Assembly: GCA_963710755.1 (NCBI GenBank) | Contig: CAVQBK010000013.1 | Span: 352,001-416,000, forward strand | Origin: an uncultured bacterium | GTDB lineage: Bacteria > Oederibacteriota > JAAXVQ01 > JAUVAV01 | DNA length: 64,000 bases | Direction: 5' to 3' | Made by a program: the position numbers and the translations under genes | Notes under the pieces: model-generated | Database searches by the model: none | Seen by the model: the letters and a program-made list of their open reading frames with translations, nothing else | Told to the model about the DNA's origin: nothing | In this document: positions 39,060 to 47,939 of the stretch, one piece after another | How positions within the stretch are numbered: the first letter of the stretch is position 1 | Layout: every line of letters begins with the position of its first letter

Positions 39060-39091
39060 TTGTAGGGAACGGTCGCGACCGTTCCCTACAA
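39060..39091. repeat. Perfect 32-bp GTAG-type REP palindrome
   Basis: TTGTAGGGAACGGTCGCGACCGTTCCCTACAA, between convergent hydC and rfbC. Confidence 0.85.
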
Positions 39092-39163
39092 AAGCAGATC
39101 ATAGGAATCTGTTAGCCAAGCAGTTAGGGCACGATAGTTTATTGCCAACCCTCTGGTTGGAAG

Positions 39164-39700
39164 TTACAAATCCCGCAGCCTGGGCCACTGTTGATCCTTA
39201 GGTGAAACCTGATACGGCCCCTCCAACTTGGGCCAGGTAATAGCAAGATCCGGATCATTCCAGCACAGACCAGCCTCAGCTTGCGGCGCATAGAACGCAC
39301 TCACCTTGTAGAGTACACCCGTCATATCGCTTAGAGCGCAAAACCCATGGGCAAAACCCTCGGGAACAAATAACTGAAGATGATTGTGCTCCGACAATTC
39401 CACCCCCAGCCATTGCCCGTAAGCGGGCGACTCTTTACGGATGTCCACCACGACATCATAAATGGCACCCCTGGCAACCCGCACCAGTTTAGCCTGGCCA
39501 TACGGCGGTGTTTGAAAATGCAGACCTCTGATGGTACCCCGCTGGGATTGACTGTAATTGTCCTGAACAAAGGGGATCGTCACACCGGCCTGACTGAATT
39601 TCTCTTGATGATAGCTCTCCATAAAAAAGCCGCGCTCATCTTGAAAAACATCAGGACTGATCAGTAGTACGCCTGCCAGGCTCTGAGGGGTTACGATCAT
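39164..39700 (-). CDS. rfbC: dTDP-4-dehydrorhamnose 3,5-epimerase
   Basis: DERGFF.E, FVQDN.S, RGLHFQ, VPEGFAHGF and WNDPDL; GAGGAGG site before ATG at 39700. Confidence 0.96.
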   Translation of the reverse strand: MIVTPQSLAGVLLISPDVFQDERGFFMESYHQEKFSQAGVTIPFVQDNYSQSQRGTIRGLHFQTPPYGQAKLVRVARGAIYDVVVDIRKESPAYGQWLGVELSEHNHLQLFVPEGFAHGFCALSDMTGVLYKVSAFYAPQAEAGLCWNDPDLAITWPKLEGPYQVSPKDQQWPRLRDL

Positions 39701-39702
39701 GG

Positions 39703-40026
39703 TCACGCCTCCTCACTGGCGGTTATCGCTTCATGCCAGTTTTCTTCCAAAGCTTCCAGAAACTCCAACCCGAAAAAATAGCTGTCCCCTTCCGTTTCCA
39801 CCCATACTACCCGGCCCTTACCTTCCCAGATCTGTTGCCGGCCGGGCTGGTAAAAGGCCAAGGATACCAGTTGTCCCTGGACCGGCCGGTGATCGCTTTG
39901 AATCATAGCCCCACCGGCGGACATGTTTTGCACTACGCCAAAAAAATCCACTTCCTCTTGCTGGCCCCGTTTTTTATCAGCAATCAAATAACATTCGTAT
40001 CGGGGATGTTGCCTGCGTTCTTCCAT
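39703..40026 (-). CDS. Single-domain PilZ protein
   Basis: RRQHPR (RxxxR) and NMSAGG ([D/N]xSxxG) c-di-GMP-binding motifs, GRVVW, GLEF. Confidence 0.85.
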   Translation of the reverse strand: MEERRQHPRYECYLIADKKRGQQEEVDFFGVVQNMSAGGAMIQSDHRPVQGQLVSLAFYQPGRQQIWEGKGRVVWVETEGDSYFFGLEFLEALEENWHEAITASEEA

Positions 40027-40246
40027 GATCCCTCCACGGTGCTAAGGTTATACGTGGCTGCGCTCCAGAACATTTGCACGCAGATAACCATCGCAAATAA
40101 AAACAACCATCAACAGCAGTCTTTTTTAACCATTGTTGCTACAAGTTTCGATAAAAGGTTATCTTGACTTTATGCACTCCTCAAACAGCCATTCAGCCTG
40201 GCTATTGGTCATTTTAGCATAACCCCAAACAACATCTTGATTTTTT

Positions 40247-40275
40247 TTGAGGCCCGAGGGCGCCTATGTTATACT
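40247..40275 (+). promoter_or_regulatory. Putative promoter for the spmAB operon (TTGAGG-17 nt-TATACT, extended -10)
   Basis: TGtTATACT extended -10 with a plausible -35 at 17-nt spacing. Confidence 0.5.
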
Positions 40276-40348
40276 GGCCCAATCCATCCCCGCGTATAGG
40301 CGCCAGGCCGGTCGATGAGGTTGTTGGGACCAATGCTCAAGGAGGCTG

Positions 40349-40963
40349 ATGTTGAATTTTGTTTGGCTCTTACTCATTGTGCTTGCTGTGATTACCGGAG
40401 GACTTACCCATCATATGGCCGATGTTTCCACTGCGGCTTTCACCAGTGCCAAGAGCGCTGTGGAACTTGCCATTGGCCTGATCGGTGTTATGGCCTTGTT
40501 TTTAGGATTAATGAAAATTGCCGAAGCCGCCGGCTTGGTGCAAGCTTTAGCCAGAGCCATGCGTCCGCTTTTTAAATGGCTCTTTCCCGGTGTGCCGGAT
40601 GATCACCCAGCCCTGGGCGCCATCGCCATGAATATGGGCGCCAACATGCTGGGCTTGGGAGATGCGGCCACGCCCATGGGCCTTAAAGCCATGCAGGAAC
40701 TGCAGGAGGTCAATCAGGACAAGGCTTCCGCCAGTGACGCCATGGTCACTTTCCTGGCGCTCAACTCCAGTTCGATTCAGCTCATCCCCGCCATGATGAT
40801 CGGATTGCGGGCCAGTGCCGGCTCTACCCATCCTTCGGAAATTATTCTGGCCACCTTGGTGGCCACCACCTGCTCCACCGTGGTGGCCGTGGCTGCAGCC
40901 AAAACTTTCTCCAAACTACCTTATTTCAAACGGCAACGCCAGGAGGTGGCGGCCAATGATTAA
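40349..40963 (+). CDS. spmA: SpmA-like nucleoside-recognition (Gate) membrane protein
   Basis: ANMLGLGDAATPMGLKAMQEL and FLALNSSSIQLIP family signatures. Confidence 0.9.
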   Translation: MLNFVWLLLIVLAVITGGLTHHMADVSTAAFTSAKSAVELAIGLIGVMALFLGLMKIAEAAGLVQALARAMRPLFKWLFPGVPDDHPALGAIAMNMGANMLGLGDAATPMGLKAMQELQEVNQDKASASDAMVTFLALNSSSIQLIPAMMIGLRASAGSTHPSEIILATLVATTCSTVVAVAAAKTFSKLPYFKRQRQEVAAND

Positions 40964-41495
40964 AACCCTTTTTATTGAAGCCGGCCATTGGATCGTGCCT
41001 TTGTTAATCCTGGTTATTCCGGGGTATGCCTATTTTTTTAAAAAGGTCAATATCTATGCGGTTTTCGTGGAAGGGGCCAAGGAAGGTTTTTGGATTGGTG
41101 TAAAAATCATTCCGTACCTGGTAGCCATTTTGGTGGCTATTGGCATGTTTCGCGCCAGCGGCGCCATGCATCTGCTGGCTGCTCTGCTGGCACCGGTCAC
41201 TTCCTGGACAGGTTTTCCTGCTGAAGCCCTGCCGGTGGCCTTGCTGCGGCCGCTCTCAGGTTCAGGGACGTTGGGCCTGATTTCCAATATTTTTCAAGTT
41301 CATGGGCCTGATTCCTTCATCGGCCGTTTGGTCAGTGTTATGGAAGGCAGTACGGAAACCACCTTCTATGTGCTGGCCATTTATTTTGGATCCATTAGCA
41401 TTCGTCAAACCCGCCATGCTCTGCCTGCAGCTTTGCTGGGCGATGCTGCCGGTCTGACCGCGGCCTTTATCATTTGCCGCTTTTTATTCGGCTGA
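40956..41495 (+). CDS. spmB: SpmB-like nucleoside-recognition (Gate) membrane protein
   Basis: FVEGAKEG, RPLSGSG and GSTETTFYVLAIYFG; AGGAGG site and overlap with spmA set the start at 40956. Confidence 0.9.
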   Translation: MIKTLFIEAGHWIVPLLILVIPGYAYFFKKVNIYAVFVEGAKEGFWIGVKIIPYLVAILVAIGMFRASGAMHLLAALLAPVTSWTGFPAEALPVALLRPLSGSGTLGLISNIFQVHGPDSFIGRLVSVMEGSTETTFYVLAIYFGSISIRQTRHALPAALLGDAAGLTAAFIICRFLFG

Positions 41496-42415
41496 TGCGC
41501 TGGCTTACGCCTCCCCCGCTGGCCGTTGGCGATCAAGTAGCCCTCATTTCCCCTGCCTCCCCGGTTAAGGATGATAAGGCCCTGGAACGGGCCGCGCGCC
41601 ATTTGAAAAGTCTTGGCCTTAAAGTGCAGCTGGGCCGGCATGCCCGCAGCCGGCATTTTTATTTGGCCGGCAATGATGAGCAGCGTCGGACCGATTTTAT
41701 GGAAGCTCTGCAAAACCCAGCCATTCGGGGCCTAATTTGCAGCCGCGGCGGCTACGGTACCAGCCGCCTTTTAGCAGGATTCGATACTTCCCTGCTGCGC
41801 CGCTATCCGAAATTGCTGATGGGCTATTCCGATATCACGCAACTGCACCTGGCCTATGAACAACAAAAAGTCCATTCTTACTGGGGTCCCATGCCTGCCA
41901 GCCAGACCGGATTTTCCACTTATTCCAAAACCTGGTTTAAAACCTTGTGCATGGACGCATCGGCAGCTGTACCCATGCCCTTGTTTATTGCAGGGGATCG
42001 CATTGAAGTGCTGCTGCCAGGCCAGGCTCAGGGACGGTTAAGCGGTGGCACCCTGACATTGCTGGCCGCCAGCCTGGGAACGGCTGCTGAGTTCCATAGT
42101 CGCGGTAAACTGGTCTTTCTGGAGGACATCGATGAGCCCCCGTATAAATTGGACCGCATGCTGACCCAATTGCTTCTGGCCGGAAAACTCAAAGATGCCA
42201 AAGGCTTTGTACTCGGTCAGTTTCATTATAGTTCGGACACCCCTGACCGAGACCGGTCCGGCGCCCGAAGAGTACTCTTGGAACGGTTGGGGCCGTTAGG
42301 CCTGCCCATCGTGGCTCACTGTCCCCTGGGCCATGGCCAACGTCAGTTGGTGCTTCCTTACGGCCGTCAGGCCCGCCTGGATACGAAAATCAAGCAATTG
42401 TTTCTTTTGCCATGA
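41495..42415 (+). CDS. ldcA: LD-carboxypeptidase, peptidase family S66
   Basis: SRGGYG, GYSD (Ser nucleophile), LFLED (Glu) and GHG (His); TGATG overlap with spmB; no signal peptide. Confidence 0.88.
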   Translation: MRWLTPPPLAVGDQVALISPASPVKDDKALERAARHLKSLGLKVQLGRHARSRHFYLAGNDEQRRTDFMEALQNPAIRGLICSRGGYGTSRLLAGFDTSLLRRYPKLLMGYSDITQLHLAYEQQKVHSYWGPMPASQTGFSTYSKTWFKTLCMDASAAVPMPLFIAGDRIEVLLPGQAQGRLSGGTLTLLAASLGTAAEFHSRGKLVFLEDIDEPPYKLDRMLTQLLLAGKLKDAKGFVLGQFHYSSDTPDRDRSGARRVLLERLGPLGLPIVAHCPLGHGQRQLVLPYGRQARLDTKIKQLFLLP

Positions 42416-42423
42416 ACGGCCGG

Positions 42424-44604
42424 TCACGGCGCGCTCAGCGGAATGCGAAATTTAAAGCAACTGCCCTTTCCAGAACGACCTTCCACCCAAATCCTGCCTC
42501 CATGAAGTTCAATTATTTTTTTAGAGATGGCCAGGCCCAGCCCGGTCCCGGTCTTTTTACTCTGCACATCCCGAATTTGACTGAACCGTTCAAATATTTT
42601 TTGCCGTTGCCCCATCGGGATACCGTCACCCTCGTCGCTAACACTGCATTCCAGCCAGGGGTCAACCCGCTTCACCGTTACTGTAATCCGACTGCCCGCC
42701 GGTGAAAATTTAATGGCATTTCCCACAAGGTTGGTCACCACTTGGGTTAATCGGGAACGATCTCCCAGTGTACGCACCGGTTGCGGCAAGGTCACCTGCG
42801 TCAGGGTCATATTTTTTTCTTTCATCAGCGGTGTCAGCGTGTCCTGAACTGCACTGACAATTTCCTGAAGATCGACCAGTTCCATTTTCAGACTGGCTTG
42901 GGCGGCTTCCAGTTTGGAAAGGTCCAAAATATCGTTAATCAGTAAAATCAAGCGGTCAATGTTGCGGTTACTCATTTCCAACAAATGCCTGACCACCATG
43001 CCCACGTCTCCCTGCAATTGATATTCCAGGACCAGGGCGATGCCACCTTTAACGGCCGTCAGGGGCGTGCGCAATTCATGAGAGGCAATGGAGATAAATT
43101 CGGATTTCAATTTATCCAGATGTTTAAGCTGGCTTAACGCTTCCTGCAAATCCGCTGTTCGGACAGTCACCCGCTCCTCCAGGGTTTCATTGAGCCGTGT
43201 GACCTCGATCACCAGATTATTAACGTCCTGATACAATTGCGAATTCTTGATGGCCACGCCGATATCATGACGCACAATGGAGAGAAATTGCAGCTCTTCC
43301 AATCCGTAACCGTTGTCACCGGTTTTTTTACCCAGGTTGAGTACCCCCAGTAGGTTTTGATCAAAAACCAGGGGCACGGCCAATTCCGAACCCAGATAGT
43401 CAAAAAAGCACAAGGCTGATTCCCTAATTAGTTGATACTGGGGATCAAGGGTGATCTGCTCTTTAATCATGATCTGATTTTCGCGTTCTATAAAAGCGAT
43501 AAACCCCCGGCAGGATTTCAAGCCTTCGATGGGGCGCTGGTCCGGTGTTAACATGCACCCATCCGGATGAGGATCGCAGAGGATTAAACTGACCGCCTCA
43601 GCGTCCAAGCTTTGCCGCATAAAACGTTCAATATCAGCGGTCAGCTCCAACATGGGTTTCAGTTGGTTTAACGAACGGCTGAAAGCTTCGAGAAGACGGT
43701 TCATATTGAGTGCTTTGCGCCGTAGCAGGTGATCCAGCAAAGGTTTGACACTTTTAGAATACCCCCAGCAGACCAACAGGGCGACCACGGCCAGCACGGT
43801 AAGGGCGGCCGGATCATAGACAGGTATTAAGGATTGGCCCAGCGCCATGATGGTAAAGATCAGTCCCAACAGAAGCAGCCCATGCAAGGTCCATAAAAGC
43901 ACCCGACTGGCAAAAGCGGAGATATCTAAAGCATGATAGCGGATAATGGCATAGGCGGTAAAGCAGACCGTGATAATTGGGGTAATTTGCCCGAGAAAAA
44001 ATAATTGCCTCAGGCCCAAGCTGGGCAAAATAAACATAAAGAGCATGACAAAAATCAAGGTCACACTAATCCCCACCACCACATATTTAACTTTTTGCTT
44101 CTCCAGATGCAATTTTAACCGGCGATATTTTGTGGCCAGATTATAAATGACGTGAATGGCGCCGCCAAAAACATACACCACGAAAAGTAAATAGAGAGGT
44201 CCCAGCTCCGGCACGTACTGCATACCGTCAAAGTGGCCTGAGACCACGCACCAGGGGCTGAAGGCAGCCAGCACGATGATCAGGGCAATGGCGTAATTGA
44301 TTACAGTGAAACGGGTATTAAGACTTTTGGAAGGCACCGGGAAGTAAGCGGTAAAACTCATTAAATTGGTGATGACCAGGGTGGAACTGGCTACTCCCAT
44401 GCGATGAGTTAAGATGGGCAGGATATGGTGAGCAATCTGAAGGCGCCAAATGAACCCAATGCATACCCATAGGGCGATAAACAAACAAAACAGGGCAAAA
44501 CTGATATTAATGGGATTTGTCTTGTTGCGGGAATAGACCAGTAACCCGATCACGACAAAGAAAAATACATTGATGGCTTGAATAATGGAGATAATAATGA
44601 CCGT
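42424..44604 (-). CDS. Sensor histidine kinase (multi-TM N-terminus, GAF-like domain, HisKA, HATPase)
   Basis: ASHELRTPL, NLVGNAIKF, DEGDGI and GTGLGL. The frame stays open upstream of the GTG at 44553 to an ACG at 44604 that follows a GGAGG site. Confidence 0.9.
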   Translation of the reverse strand, partial: TVIIISIIQAINVFFFVVIGLLVYSRNKTNPINISFALFCLFIALWVCIGFIWRLQIAHHILPILTHRMGVASSTLVITNLMSFTAYFPVPSKSLNTRFTVINYAIALIIVLAAFSPWCVVSGHFDGMQYVPELGPLYLLFVVYVFGGAIHVIYNLATKYRRLKLHLEKQKVKYVVVGISVTLIFVMLFMFILPSLGLRQLFFLGQITPIITVCFTAYAIIRYHALDISAFASRVLLWTLHGLLLLGLIFTIMALGQSLIPVYDPAALTVLAVVALLVCWGYSKSVKPLLDHLLRRKALNMNRLLEAFSRSLNQLKPMLELTADIERFMRQSLDAEAVSLILCDPHPDGCMLTPDQRPIEGLKSCRGFIAFIERENQIMIKEQITLDPQYQLIRESALCFFDYLGSELAVPLVFDQNLLGVLNLGKKTGDNGYGLEELQFLSIVRHDIGVAIKNSQLYQDVNNLVIEVTRLNETLEERVTVRTADLQEALSQLKHLDKLKSEFISIASHELRTPLTAVKGGIALVLEYQLQGDVGMVVRHLLEMSNRNIDRLILLINDILDLSKLEAAQASLKMELVDLQEIVSAVQDTLTPLMKEKNMTLTQVTLPQPVRTLGDRSRLTQVVTNLVGNAIKFSPAGSRITVTVKRVDPWLECSVSDEGDGIPMGQRQKIFERFSQIRDVQSKKTGTGLGLAISKKIIELHGGRIWVEGRSGKGSCFKFRIPLSAP

Positions 44605-44644
44605 GCTCCCCTCCGACCTGGATGATCACCTATGGTGTGACCGG

Positions 44645-44869
44645 TCAGGGATTCCCGCGGTGCTGATGGTCGTCGTGGGTGCTGAAGTTAAACAAATCAT
44701 AAATGAAACAATGGCCGGCCAAAGCGGTCAGCAGCAGATAGGCCAACAAAAGTAAACCAGCCCACGTAAGCCCATCACGGCTGGTGCGTGAAAAAACCGG
44801 CACCGCAGCCACGGCCACCACAAATAACCGTAACCCTTTATCCCAGTCCCCCAAATTGCGTTTACTCAT
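44645..44869 (-). CDS. DUF2892/YgaP-like small membrane protein
   Basis: NLG.WD..LR...LLTALAGHCFIY.LFNFST pattern, two TM helices. Confidence 0.75.
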   Translation of the reverse strand: MSKRNLGDWDKGLRLFVVAVAAVPVFSRTSRDGLTWAGLLLLAYLLLTALAGHCFIYDLFNFSTHDDHQHRGNP

Positions 44870-44882
44870 TGAACCCGCCCGG

Positions 44883-45302
44883 TCATTTGATCACCGCTAC
44901 TCTCAATCTTTTTTTAAGCCTTTTACCGTCTATTACCAGCACATATACGCCACTGGCCACCACTTGGCCGCTGTCGTTTTTGCCATCCCAGAGCGCTTCT
45001 TCCTGGGGCAAGGGCACATGCCGTTCCCACAGTCTTCTCACCCGGTAGCCGTCCTGACTATAAACGGTAATGGTGGTTTGCTCATATTTGGGTTGCAAGC
45101 CCACCACGACGACCTTTCCCTGCATCAGGGGGTTGAAGCGATTACGGTTAAGGGTTACCCGCACAGGAACCGTTTCCGTGGTGGTGAGAAGGGTAGGGGT
45201 GACCGTCACGGTGGCCGTGGGGGTGGGCGTGGCGTTCGCCAAGCCAGCCCAGAGAATGATCAGTATCAGGGCACCACTCTTTCGCCGCATGAGAACATTC
45301 AT
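44883..45302 (-). CDS. Small exported protein: signal peptide, Thr/Pro linker, FlgD-Ig/T9SS-CTD-like domain
   Basis: ANA|TPTPTATVTVTPT, then NRFNP...ITVYSQDG..VRRL...WDGKNDSGQVVASGVY...VAVIK; GGAG site before ATG at 45302. Confidence 0.8.
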   Translation of the reverse strand: MNVLMRRKSGALILIILWAGLANATPTPTATVTVTPTLLTTTETVPVRVTLNRNRFNPLMQGKVVVVGLQPKYEQTTITVYSQDGYRVRRLWERHVPLPQEEALWDGKNDSGQVVASGVYVLVIDGKRLKKRLRVAVIK

Positions 45303-45334
45303 GGTGATCTCCTTTGCCGGCACAGCGCCGGCGT

Positions 45335-46381
45335 TTATTCAATGGTCAGGTTTACCTGATATGTCTCTTGTTCCGAGCTTTCCCATTTTTCCTGATCCAC
45401 ATAGAAGCTATAGGCTTTGTCGGTGTGCAGGGACCCTTGCATGGGCAACCCTTTGGCCAGATCGAACTGCACCCGCCCTTGTATTTTATAATTCCCTTTT
45501 TGAAATGTCATTTTATTTAACGACTCCATGTCCAGAGTTTTCTGGAGCTCAGTTAATTCGTCGCCGGTAAACATTATGGCGCTGGTACAGTCGATAGAAG
45601 CCAGGTTCTGCTGCTGCTGGCGGAAGTAAAACCTGTTGGTTTGCCCCTCTTCCTCTCCCAGAACCATGGTGGGATCTTCGCTGGAGCTGGTCCAGCGGTC
45701 GCCCGGGCCGACGGCCTGGGGTGGAAAGACCGCCATCAGCAGCGGCGGCACCTTAAAGGCTTTAATGATTTTTTTCCCAATGACCCGGTTACGGCTGAGC
45801 AATTCCAGCAGGTCCAGATGGAGTCCCGTGCGTACGGTCTTTTCCTGGTTTTGAGTCAGCTGGTGTCCCTGCCGGTCGATGACGATCACGGCCAACGGCT
45901 GCGTCATTATTTTTTGATATTTTGCGTAAAGCTCCGGACCCAAATAGTCAGCCAGCGTCCATTCGTCATCATACCAGGTAAGCCTGCCTCCATCGGGACC
46001 CATCTCCAGCCGGCACTTCCCTTTTCCATCATGATTCAGCCGCAAACGTAACAATTTAAATTCAATTTGACATTCTTGTGGGTTGAGCGCCAGAGCCTGC
46101 ACCTGATAGGTAGCCTTGACGGCCAGATGGGCTTCTTCTTTGGCAAATTGTCTGTGGCCATGGAATTTTTCCAACCCGGAAAAGGTTTGGTAGGAAGTGG
46201 TAACGCGGTAAGTCTGACCGGGTACAAATTGATAACGCAGAATAGTCTTGGTGTTCGACGAGGCCGGCGCACAGGCAAGCAGATTGAAGCTTGCCAAAAT
46301 CAAAGCGCCCAGGCTGGTGCTGCACACCATTTTATGGATGAGGCGTCGTGTCAATATGTTTTTGAAAAAGGCAATGGGCAC
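45335..46381 (-). CDS. Hypothetical lipoprotein
   Basis: Lipobox LLAC followed by LRYQFVPGQTY; internal FPPQAVGPGDRW motif. Start uncertain. Confidence 0.65.
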   Translation of the reverse strand: MPIAFFKNILTRRLIHKMVCSTSLGALILASFNLLACAPASSNTKTILRYQFVPGQTYRVTTSYQTFSGLEKFHGHRQFAKEEAHLAVKATYQVQALALNPQECQIEFKLLRLRLNHDGKGKCRLEMGPDGGRLTWYDDEWTLADYLGPELYAKYQKIMTQPLAVIVIDRQGHQLTQNQEKTVRTGLHLDLLELLSRNRVIGKKIIKAFKVPPLLMAVFPPQAVGPGDRWTSSSEDPTMVLGEEEGQTNRFYFRQQQQNLASIDCTSAIMFTGDELTELQKTLDMESLNKMTFQKGNYKIQGRVQFDLAKGLPMQGSLHTDKAYSFYVDQEKWESSEQETYQVNLTIE

Positions 46382-46531
46382 AATTTACTTCCTTAGCCAA
46401 ATAGGTTGAACATGCCGGTCCTTTGGATTTTTTCTCCCTGCGGGCATGGCTTAATACGTCCTCGCGAAGTCCCCGCAATTCATGGCCGAGTATTTTATTT
46501 TTCCATCAAAAGGACGGACCAACGCAGCCTT

Positions 46532-46559
46532 ATTTTACCGGGAATCACAAAATCGTCAA
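46532..46559 (-). promoter_or_regulatory. Putative sigma70 promoter (TTGACG-16 nt-TAAAAT)
   Basis: Near-consensus hexamers upstream of the lipoprotein gene. Confidence 0.55.
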
Positions 46560-46600
46560 GCGCTTTGGGTGGGATCCTGAAAAGCGTCTCCGAGGACGAC

Positions 46601-46987
46601 CTACGAATGGTCTTCGGTCTTGGAATTCAGGATGGTTTCGATTTCTTGGCCTAAATCATCAGGATCAAAAGGCTTGGTCAGATAGGCCGAAGCGCCCATG
46701 GCCATGCCTTTGGAGGCGTCTTGGGGACCGCTAAGCACGGTTAACATCACCACCGGGATGGATGAGGTTTCCGGATTGCGTTTAAGCATGTGACAAATGT
46801 CATATCCATTGATGCCGGGCATCATCACATCCAGCAGGATCAGGTCGGGTTTATTGTCCTTAAGAAAATCAAACATATCCTGTCCATCTTTGGCCTGAAA
46901 GATTTCATAGGTACCTTCACCCAATATTTTTTCGATCAAGCTGCGTATGTCCTTCTCATCATCAACGATCAGAATTTTCTTTTTCAT
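46601..46987 (-). CDS. Single-domain response regulator
   Basis: ILIVDDE, LLDVMMP, MLT and YLTKPF receiver motifs; no output domain. Confidence 0.95.
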   Translation of the reverse strand: MKKKILIVDDEKDIRSLIEKILGEGTYEIFQAKDGQDMFDFLKDNKPDLILLDVMMPGINGYDICHMLKRNPETSSIPVVMLTVLSGPQDASKGMAMGASAYLTKPFDPDDLGQEIETILNSKTEDHS

Positions 46988-47052
46988 AGGAATCTCCCAG
47001 GTACAAGGGTATTTTAAAAAGCATCGGCTTTTCCCGGGCCGGCTTTAGGGTT

Positions 47053-47919
47053 TTAACACAAAATAATGCCCCATCCATCTGGTCCCAGATGAGCCCCCAC
47101 CACCGCTCCTATCCGGGCGCTTTGGAGGCGGTCAGCCAACCCGGTTTCCTTGAGCAACGGCAGAATGGCTGTTTCCAATTTATCATGATAGGATTTGACC
47201 CCAGCATAAATCAGCGCAATACCCTGTTGAATACCATGCTCGGCGATATGAGTTTTGGTCGTGCTTATCATGGCTTTGAGGGCGGCCTCGGTGGACAACA
47301 CTTTGCCTAATACCTCAATTTCCCCGGTGGCTCCGGCCATGGTCAGCAGAGGTTTAATACCCAGTAGTTTCCCCATCAGGGCCTGCGCCTTGCCGATTCG
47401 GCCTCCCTGGTGAAGGGCATCCAGGCTATCCACGGAAAATAGAATTTTGACCAGCGGTCGCCGGGCCCGTACTTGTTCCACCACGGTGGTAAAGGAAGCG
47501 CCACCATCCACCAGATCCTGCGCATAGGCCACCAGTAAGCCCAGCCCCAGACTGACGTAACAGGAATCTATTACCTCCACAGTCATACCGGAAACCATGG
47601 CCGATGCCTGACGGGCAGCCTGCAGCGTGCCCGACATTTTTTGGGAGATGTGGAGACTGAGTACGTGCGTGTACCCTTGAGTTTTGAGCATCTGATAATG
47701 TTTCAGAAAACGTCCCACCGGAGGCTGGGAGGTGGTGGGGTGATTAAGGGAGGTACTCAGTTTTTCATAAAACTGAGAGGTGCTTAAATCAATGCCATCC
47801 AGGTATTCTTCGTCGCCGAAGAAAACGCTTAGAGGAACCATTTCAATATGGCGTTGACGCAAATAGTCGAGACTTAAGTCACAAGTGCTGTCAGTAAGCA
47901 CCGCAATTTTTTCGGCCAT
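47053..47919 (-). CDS. DegV/FakB fatty-acid-binding protein
   Basis: TDSTCDL, PTTSQP, ISQKMSGT, GGRIG and VGAHLGP. Confidence 0.95.
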   Translation of the reverse strand: MAEKIAVLTDSTCDLSLDYLRQRHIEMVPLSVFFGDEEYLDGIDLSTSQFYEKLSTSLNHPTTSQPPVGRFLKHYQMLKTQGYTHVLSLHISQKMSGTLQAARQASAMVSGMTVEVIDSCYVSLGLGLLVAYAQDLVDGGASFTTVVEQVRARRPLVKILFSVDSLDALHQGGRIGKAQALMGKLLGIKPLLTMAGATGEIEVLGKVLSTEAALKAMISTTKTHIAEHGIQQGIALIYAGVKSYHDKLETAILPLLKETGLADRLQSARIGAVVGAHLGPDGWGIILC

Positions 47920-47939
47920 GCCTGCTCCTTAGTGCTCGT

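Noticed and set aside
40349-41495. Sporulation inferred from spmAB
   Set aside because: SpmAB homologues occur in non-sporulating bacteria and no other sporulation gene is in the window.
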